Source: an uncultured Methanosarcinaceae archaeon (GTDB taxonomy: Archaea; Halobacteriota; Methanosarcinia; Methanosarcinales; Methanosarcinaceae). From it: 64,000 nt of DNA. A program made the translations under genes and the position numbers. The notes beneath the pieces are model-generated. The model saw only the letters and a program-made list of their open reading frames with translations. It did no database searches and was not told where the DNA came from. Shown here one piece after another: positions 56,586 to 64,000 of the stretch (positions are counted from its first letter, which is position 1; each line of letters starts with the position of its first letter). The stretch spans positions 96,001 through 160,000 of the forward strand of contig CAVSHT010000013.1 in NCBI GenBank assembly GCA_963727895.1. Reading direction: 5' to 3'.

Positions 56586-59402
56586 ATGGCAAAATATGAA
56601 GATGAGAAGAAATCCGAAGATGAATTGAATAAATCTTATCAGGCTACCCTAATCCCCGAAGATAAAGATGATGAGGCGGAAAATGAGAACGGTTCAGCCG
56701 CCCTTACACAGAAAGATTCGGGCAAAAAACTGGAATTAAATGTATCTGACCCTTCTTCGGATGAGCCTGAGGATGAAGATCCAGAGCCAGAAAGAAGTGG
56801 AGTTACTACCACCCTTCTCGAAAACGAGATGAAACGTTCTTACATCAACTACGCAATGAGCGTAATCGTTGGAAGAGCGCTTCCAGATGCCCGTGACGGT
56901 TTAAAACCAGTTCACCGCAGAATCCTTTTTGCAATGAAAGAGGCAGGGATTACCCATGACAAGGCTTACAAAAAATCAGCCCGTGTGGTGGGAGATGTGC
57001 TCGGTAAATACCACCCACATGGAGATACTGCGGTTTATGACAGTATTGTGCGTATGGTTCAGACGTTCTCACTTCGTTATCCTTTAATTGATGGACAGGG
57101 AAACTTTGGGTCTATTGATGGAGATTCGGCTGCTGCCATGCGTTACACTGAAGTCCGCATGGACAGAATCGCAGAAGAAATGCTGGTAGATATTGATAAG
57201 GAAACCGTTCCCTTCATGCCAAATTATGATGGGTCACTAGAAGAGCCCGAGGTTCTTCCTGCAAAACTTCCGAACCTTCTTGTCAATGGATCCACAGGTA
57301 TTGCAGTGGGAATGGCAACAAACATGCCTACCCATAATATAGGCGAGGTAATTGACGGAACCCTCATGCTTATCGAGAACCCTGAAACTACGATTCCAGA
57401 TCTTATGACTGTAATCAAAGGGCCTGATTTCCCTACAGGTGCACATATTATCGGAACTTCAGGCATGAAATCAGCATACATGACCGGACGAGGATCTTTA
57501 AAGATTCGAGCAGTTGCTGAGATCCAGGAGATAAAGAAAGACAAACAGCAGATTATCGTAACCGAGCTTCCCTACCAGGTAAACAAAGCCAGGATGATTG
57601 AAAATATTGCCCAGCTAGTTCGGGAAAAGACAATCGTTGGAATCTCAGACCTTCGAGATGAGTCTGACAGGGACGGAATCAGGGTTGTTATCGAGCTTTC
57701 TCGGGGTACAAATCCAAAAGTTGTTTTAAACCAGCTTTATAAGCACACTCAAATGGCGACTACTTTTGGGATAATCAATCTGGCTATCATTGATGGAAAA
57801 CCAAGAGAGCTGAACCTGAAGGAACTTATTGAGATTTACCTGGAATATAGGATCGAAATTATCCAGAAGCGGACGCTTTATGACCTCAGGAAAAGTGAGG
57901 AAAGGGCCCATATCCTTGACGGGCTCAAGATTGCCCTGGATAATATAGATGAGATAGTGACTCTTATAAAGGGATCAGCAAATGCTGAAGAAGCAAAGCA
58001 GGGGCTAATTGAGAATTATTCCCTTGATGAGATTCAGTCGAAAGCCATTCTTGATATGCGTCTGCAACGCTTAACAGGGCTTGAAACCCAAAAGGTGATT
58101 GAGGAGCTTGAAGGCCTTGTAAAACTAATTGGCGAGCTTAATAAAATCCTTGAAAGCGATGAGATCAAGTACCAAATAATTAAAAACGAACTTCTGGAGC
58201 TCAAGGAAAAATATGGGGATGCCCGCAGGACAAAAATCGTGCAAGATACGTCTGAGGTCAGGGAAGAGGATCTTATTCATGAAGAGGATGTTGTTGTCAC
58301 GATTACAAATGGAGGCTACATAAAACGCATCCCACTCAAAACTTACAGCATGCAGCGCCGTGGAGGAAAGGGCATAATAGGTATGGAGATGAAGGAAGAA
58401 GACTTTGTGGAAAATCTCTTCATTTCTTCAACCCACAATTATATTCTTTTCTTTACAAATCTTGGCAGGCTTTACTGGCAGAAAGTCTATGAAATCCCTG
58501 AAGGTTCCAGGCAGTCAAAAGGTAAAGCCATAGTAAACCTTCTGGAGCTTCAGGAAGGCGAAACGATCAGCGCCATGATCACTATCAAAGAGTTTGATGA
58601 AAACCACTATCTGCTTATGGCAACAAGGTCAGGTACTATTAAAAAGACCGCTCTGTCGGAATTCAAGAACCCGAGGAAAGCTGGCATAATTGCAGTTACC
58701 CTAGAAGAGGGTGACGAGCTTGTGAGAGTGCTCCTTACCGATGGAAAAAGAGAAGTTTTGATGGTTTCAAAGAAAGGCAAAGCTATCCGCTTCCCTGAAG
58801 AGGAGGTCCGTCCCATGGGCAGAACCGCAAAAGGTGTCCGTGGTATGACTCTTGAAAGCTCTGATGATGAAGTTGTCAGCCTTGACCTTGTTGACGAAAC
58901 TACAACCCTCCTGACCGTGACTGAAAACGGCTTCGGCAAGCGAACCAGATACTCCCAGTATCCCCCGCACCACCGCGGCGGAAAAGGCGTGATAACAATT
59001 ATTACGAATTCGAGGAACGGGCCGGTCTCAAGAGTTAGATCCGTAGCCGATGACGATGAACTTATTTTCACCAGCGCTGACGGTATCATTATCCGTATTC
59101 CTGCAAAAGAGATCTCGATCCAGGGCAGAAACACCCAGGGTGTAAGAATTATGAATCTGAAATCCGGTGACAAAGTAGCAGGTATAGCGAGGATCGAAAG
59201 TGAAAAAGACGATAAAAACCTGAAACTCACAGCTTTTAACGGTAAAGAGATCGCAGAAGCAATTGAAACCGAGGATGAAGTAGAGGTTTTTGAAGGAGAA
59301 GCTGAAGAACTCGATGAGTTTGACGAGTTAGAAGACATTGAAGCTGCCGACGAAGCCGAGGAAACCGAAGAATTAGAAAAGGATGACGACAAAGAAAAAT
59401 AA
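56586..59402 (+). CDS. gyrA: DNA gyrase subunit A with acidic N- and C-terminal extensions
   Basis: [21 protein letters not shown], GyrA-box QRRGGKG, beta-pinwheel CTD. ATG 56586 follows GAGGTG. Confidence 0.98.
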   Translation: MAKYEDEKKSEDELNKSYQATLIPEDKDDEAENENGSAALTQKDSGKKLELNVSDPSSDEPEDEDPEPERSGVTTTLLENEMKRSYINYAMSVIVGRALPDARDGLKPVHRRILFAMKEAGITHDKAYKKSARVVGDVLGKYHPHGDTAVYDSIVRMVQTFSLRYPLIDGQGNFGSIDGDSAAAMRYTEVRMDRIAEEMLVDIDKETVPFMPNYDGSLEEPEVLPAKLPNLLVNGSTGIAVGMATNMPTHNIGEVIDGTLMLIENPETTIPDLMTVIKGPDFPTGAHIIGTSGMKSAYMTGRGSLKIRAVAEIQEIKKDKQQIIVTELPYQVNKARMIENIAQLVREKTIVGISDLRDESDRDGIRVVIELSRGTNPKVVLNQLYKHTQMATTFGIINLAIIDGKPRELNLKELIEIYLEYRIEIIQKRTLYDLRKSEERAHILDGLKIALDNIDEIVTLIKGSANAEEAKQGLIENYSLDEIQSKAILDMRLQRLTGLETQKVIEELEGLVKLIGELNKILESDEIKYQIIKNELLELKEKYGDARRTKIVQDTSEVREEDLIHEEDVVVTITNGGYIKRIPLKTYSMQRRGGKGIIGMEMKEEDFVENLFISSTHNYILFFTNLGRLYWQKVYEIPEGSRQSKGKAIVNLLELQEGETISAMITIKEFDENHYLLMATRSGTIKKTALSEFKNPRKAGIIAVTLEEGDELVRVLLTDGKREVLMVSKKGKAIRFPEEEVRPMGRTAKGVRGMTLESSDDEVVSLDLVDETTTLLTVTENGFGKRTRYSQYPPHHRGGKGVITIITNSRNGPVSRVRSVADDDELIFTSADGIIIRIPAKEISIQGRNTQGVRIMNLKSGDKVAGIARIESEKDDKNLKLTAFNGKEIAEAIETEDEVEVFEGEAEELDEFDELEDIEAADEAEETEELEKDDDKEK

Positions 59403-59461
59403 AGACGAAAACGAAATTTAATAAAAGAGAATAAAATTGAATAAGACTGAATAACACACAC

Positions 59462-59540
59462 GAGTGAAGAAAAATAATTCTTCACTCAAAGTGCTGCCGG
59501 AGTAAAGCTTTTTTTTGGAATTATTTTTCGGCAGCGGACT
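59462..59540 (+). terminator. Stem-loops and T-runs downstream of gyrA
   Basis: GAGTGAAGAA-6-TTCTTCACTC perfect 10-bp stem; GCTGCCG..CGGCAGC stem; nearby poly-T. Confidence 0.45.
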
Positions 59541-60102
59541 TTTTGTCCAAAAGGAAACCAGTAAGTGAGCTTAGTTTTTGGGACGAGTTTTTGAACTTTT
59601 TTATATTTAGTGCTAGAAGGTATAGTTCTTAGAATTATCAGATTTATCATCAGATCTTATTCTGCGAATCTGAAAATTTGTTTAGGCAATTTTTGTTGGC
59701 ATTTTTAAGTTTTATGAATAAAAGCTAAACTAGAATATTATTTATAGAAAAATTTAGATATTTTCTGATTACCTGTTGATTATATGGATTATTGTTTTTA
59801 AAGATGATTTAGTTTTGTTACTTTTTAAAAACCAATTCAATAGCAGCTAAGTTTACAGAATGAATAAAGAAAATTCTGAAAGATTGGATATAAAGTAACA
59901 TTTATAAAAAATTATATAAATAAAGATTGCCAAAATAAAATATTTTTTATATAAAATATTAGCCGATGTGAAAAAGTTGTATATACTTGAACCGCCTTTT
60001 AACTTATAACTCACCATTAAACGAAATTAAAGAAAGTATGTTTATAAAAAATATAGTCCGACTAATGGTGGGGGGGGGGTTAGCACAAAAGGAGGAAAAA
60101 GA

Positions 60103-60417
60103 ATGCAAAAAGTAGAGTTATTGCCACCTATTAATGCAAAAGTTGGAGAGACATTTGAAATTTCGATACCATCAAACCCCGCTTCAACCGGCTACAATTG
60201 TTTACTGTCAGAGATGCCAGGTTGTGTTTATTTTGTAGAATCAAGCTTTGTACCCGACCAGCCCACTATGCCAGGAAAAGGTGGAACTAGCAAGTTTAAA
60301 TTTGTTGCAGTAAAAAAAGGCGAAGGCAAAATTAATTTCCACAGCGTGAAATTCTCTCATCCTCTTGATATATTGGACCCTACACCTATGCAACAAAGAT
60401 TTGTTAAAGTCGAGTAG
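60103..60417 (+). CDS. Chagasin-family (I42) cysteine protease inhibitor
   Basis: SNPASTGY (NPxTGY-like) and PG.GG...FKF motifs; GGAGG RBS; no signal peptide. Confidence 0.82.
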   Translation: MQKVELLPPINAKVGETFEISIPSNPASTGYNCLLSEMPGCVYFVESSFVPDQPTMPGKGGTSKFKFVAVKKGEGKINFHSVKFSHPLDILDPTPMQQRFVKVE

Positions 60418-60750
60418 TAAAATGGCTTTATTTTTTCCATTTATTTTTTCATTTTTTGACATAACTATTCATTCTATTTTACTCTGATTATTATTCAATA
60501 ACCTATCCTCAACATTTTTTTGCAGATTTTTCATACTCAGGGTCGTTTTGATTTTCGATGAATCTTAAAACAGGGTACCATAGGACTGCAAAGTAGGCGG
60601 CGAAGTGAGAAAATTATGAAATGATTTATGAGACTTTCCTAATGAATCGTAGTCATCAGGAGTTTCTATTTTATATAATCTCGTTTAACAATGTTGTAAG
60701 ATATTTTAAAAGAAAGTAAGTAAATAAAAATAGGTTTTAAAAATCAGTTT

Positions 60751-62536
60751 TTATTTATCGGCTTTTTCACTTGAACATTTAGAAGCCACTTTCCAGAGAT
60801 AACATAGACTCAATGCAAGCCACCACAGGTATCTAATCTCAAAAGAAAATTTATACTCATTATAATCAATCAGTCCGTGTGCCATTCTATTTCTCAAGTT
60901 TGAGCCATAACGTTCAATTAGTAAACCTCTTAAATCAAAGACAATGTCTTCGGACACGATTTCGTTAAGTTCTCTCATTTTTAAAGTGACGTTAAGATCA
61001 TACTCGTTTTGAATTCCATTTTGATCCAAACCTAATGCAATTATCCCATTATTGGTAAGAATGTATCTAATGGAATTCTCCAGTTGAGGAATAAGTAAAT
61101 GTATGCTTGTTAAGTAATCTCCATCTAATCCAGCAAAAAGACCAGAAGCATATATAAATTCTCTTCCTATAGGAACAAAGGGACTATTTAAAACTAGTGG
61201 AAGAAAATCCTGGGCTGTAATTATATCCTGATCTTGAGTTATTTGTTGTCTCGTAGGTTCAATTGTACCCAAGAAGGAATAGTGATGATAAATCTTTGCA
61301 TGTTTGAACATGTTATTCTTAATAGCTTTATCTCTTTCTTCTGGATCGCTTGAAAGTGCTGACCCCCCACTAACTATTTGTTTACCGTCTTCATTCAAGA
61401 TTTTAGTCGAAAAAAGGTGAGCCATTGGATAATCAGTTGCCATTTTTTTAACTTCATCTTTCAATTTAGAAATTTTAGGCGGGTGTGTTATTGATGCAAG
61501 TGTAAAAATAGCTTCTTGGAGTGTTTTCCCCTGAACAAGTTCCTTTACTTTCATAATTTAGTTCTCATGAATTGATATTTCGAACGGAATTTGACACATT
61601 TGTAACACGGATTTAGGTTGATACTCAAGGAGAAGGTGATGCAAATTTTCAATACGGGTTTTTTCATTTCCTATTTTTCTGTATTCTTGGATCGCATTTT
61701 CGATATGCCCGCAAGCGTTCAAGTAATCAGAAGGATTTTTGAGAATATCATTCTCTGCGTTTTTTACATAAGTTTCTGCTATATTTTTTAAAGCTTCTCT
61801 CTCTTCATTTTTATTTCCTCCCATACGATGCCATTTTGTCTTTGTTCTCCATGCACTTTCGGCTTTCCACCAGTTGTGATCTTTTTCCGCTTCTAGTGCT
61901 ATTTTCTCTGAAAGCAATGCATACTTTTCAATATCTCCCTTTTTATATTCTTGAAGAAGCTTCATCAGCTCTATAGATAGGAATTTTGGATCATCTCCTT
62001 TATATTTTTCAAGAACCACTTCAACATGCTTAATAGTATTTTCGAACGGTTGTGCCTTCTTCCCGATAGTTGCAGCTAAATCAACTGCTCTTTTGATTCG
62101 ATAAAAAGATGATATCCAGTGTTCAGGATCTTCCAATATCTTCGATGAATCTATATAAGAATCAATCGCAACTAACGCACATTTGTAATCCTTCTTTTTT
62201 ATCCAAAATACATCTGAAACTCTTGCTCTCATCTCTGCATCTGAAATATCTGGTATTATTTTTTTTAAAATTTCAAGGTACTGCTCACTGATGTTATCCA
62301 GTTGCTCACATAAAATAAATGGCATTTCCCCGCCTTTCGTCAAAAACCGGAATGGTGATGAACTCTAAGATTTGAAATATTTTTTTGTTTATTAGGTCTC
62401 CTCTTAATTCTGCTTCTTTTGCTTGATTAGAGAATTTTGTTCTATATTGAGAGCATTCTTTTTTATCACAGCTTAAAATAACATCCTGACAGTTGGCTTT
62501 TTCAAAATCCTCTTTACTTAATAGTACATCCTCCAA
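60751..62536 (-). pseudogene. DUF4209-type protein with C-terminal HEPN-like motif, broken into three pieces
   Basis: HLLIPQLENSIR and GSNLRNRMAHG (RxxxxH). Frameshift at ~62330 and in-frame TAA at 61558. Confidence 0.75.
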
Positions 62537-63219
62537 AATTTCATCTCCTTTATTCTCTAATCCTCTGAAATAAATTGTGACATTATTTGCCTATATCTTA
62601 ATCTGATATCAAAGTAAAAAGACTAATCGAAATTCATAGAAATTCATAGAAAGTACATATAAATAAAACTAATCAAATGTTAAAAACAATTTTGAAATAA
62701 TCCTAGTTTATTCAAACCGATTATCCTCCAATCCCTCCTCCCTTTTCCTTTTCCTGATGGCATATGCAACAATTCCCTGCTCTCCTTATCAAAAAAGAAC
62801 CTGCAAACCGTTTTGAAATAAACCCAGTATTTAACATACTGATCTCTCATCGCTCAGCACGATAGTTATTGAACCATTTTCTTCAGACAGAAAATCTGTA
62901 GCATGATAATCGACTTTTTAAAAATATCTGTGCAGTAAAGTTTTTCTGCTCTCTTATAAAGAGCCAATCTGGAAGACTTCTCAGTTTTAAGAATTATATC
63001 AATAAATTTAATATACTTATTTGATTACATAGGAATTGTTCTTTATTTTTAGTGGGGACAAAAAATAAGAGCACTTTTATAAATAGTGTAAAGTTGATTG
63101 AATAACCAAAAAATCGAAGATTTCTACAAAGTTCCTGAATAAAAAAAGGATTTATATACCACATATATCATGTGGTGTATTTTGTGGGCATTAGTCAAAA
63201 AACATAAAAGGTTGATACT

Positions 63220-63648
63220 ATGAACCATGATACAAATCGGGACAGAAAGAGTGAAGAAATAGAAAATTATGAAGGGGCGGAACTTGAGCTTCGTGACATA
63301 TCCATTCCAAACACGGACAATATACTATATTCAATTTTAAATTCCTTAAACAATAATATTGCAAACTTTTATGCTTACACGAAGTTCAAAGACTATATAT
63401 CTGATAAAACACTGGATATGGAATTGCTCAAAAAAAGCATGAGCATCCACAGGGATTTTTCAGCTCTATTATTGCACACCAAAGAAGAGCTAGTACTTGT
63501 TTATCCAGATTTTATGGAAAAAGCTGAAAAGCTTTTATTTAAGGGAAAAACAGACACAGATTTTGTAAATTATACTCGTAAGATGTGCAAATTAATAAAA
63601 GAGTATAAGATAATACTATACAAGGAAGGATGTTTGCCTGATATTTGA
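63220..63648 (+). CDS. Hypothetical protein (142 aa)
   Basis: Intact ORF with AGGTTGAT RBS; no motif recognised. Confidence 0.65.
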   Translation: MNHDTNRDRKSEEIENYEGAELELRDISIPNTDNILYSILNSLNNNIANFYAYTKFKDYISDKTLDMELLKKSMSIHRDFSALLLHTKEELVLVYPDFMEKAEKLLFKGKTDTDFVNYTRKMCKLIKEYKIILYKEGCLPDI

Positions 63649-63743
63649 TGAAACCTCGCTGAGGTATTTCTGATTTTTGGCATTTTCCCAAAACAACAAA
63701 ATAAAACATTTTTTACAGGAAGATCTTGAAAGAGGTCTGTCAA

Positions 63744-63939
63744 ATGGTAAAACGAATGATAGTAAAAGTTGATGAAAAAAGTGTACAGGCTGCGGAAAAT
63801 GTATTGCGCCCTGTGCCGAAGGTGCCCTTAAAATTATCAACGGAAAGGCAAAAAAGTCGTATCTGAAGAATTTTGTGATGGAATGGGATTTTGCGTCGGC
63901 ATCTGCCCAGAAGGTGCACTTTCTGTCGAATGCTGGTGA
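63744..63939 (+). pseudogene. 2x[4Fe-4S] ferredoxin-domain gene with two frameshifts in A-runs (not in ORF track)
   Basis: MVKRMIVKVDEK/CTGCGKCIAPCAEGALKIINGKAK/VVSEEFCDGMGFCVGICPEGALSVE; GAGGT RBS. Confidence 0.8.
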
Positions 63940-64000
63940 TGTAGAATTTAGAGTCTTTTTAATTTTTTCTGGTTTTTCTGCGATTCTATAATAACAATGG

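Noticed and set aside
58607..59485. 292-aa Ser-rich antisense ORF
   Set aside because: Shadow of the Glu/Asp-rich gyrA 3' end.

Overview
AT-rich archaeal chromosomal window whose gene content and order match Methanosarcina. Housekeeping genes: iorAB, a CooC-like ATPase, pyrF, deoxyhypusine synthase, thioredoxin, HARP (protein-only RNase P), archaeal SAM synthetase, DGGGP synthase, cgi121, glpX, an MtaB-type methylthiotransferase, a TrkA-C/PhoU plus split-MgtE transporter cluster, and adjacent top6BA and gyrBA. A hydrogenase island holds hypCDABE divergent from vhtGACD and a second vhxGAC operon. Accessory DNA is heavily eroded: five IS1-family copies (one near-intact), MITE-like elements, tandem repeats and about seven broken genes. 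Signals outside the ORF track: a box C/D sRNA (8968-9025, minus) whose D guide predicts 2'-O-methylation of C34 in an intron-containing tRNA-Met; a basic protein with eight YIPGxWKG repeats; a 25-bp tandem array that breaks a peptidoglycan-binding gene; a multi-hairpin leader before a double zinc-ribbon gene; several genes with apparent near-cognate start codons; an Asp-for-Cys cluster ligand in VhxG; and a GyrB EGNSA motif. No CRISPR array, rRNA or tRNA was seen. All assignments come from motif recognition; no database searches were run.
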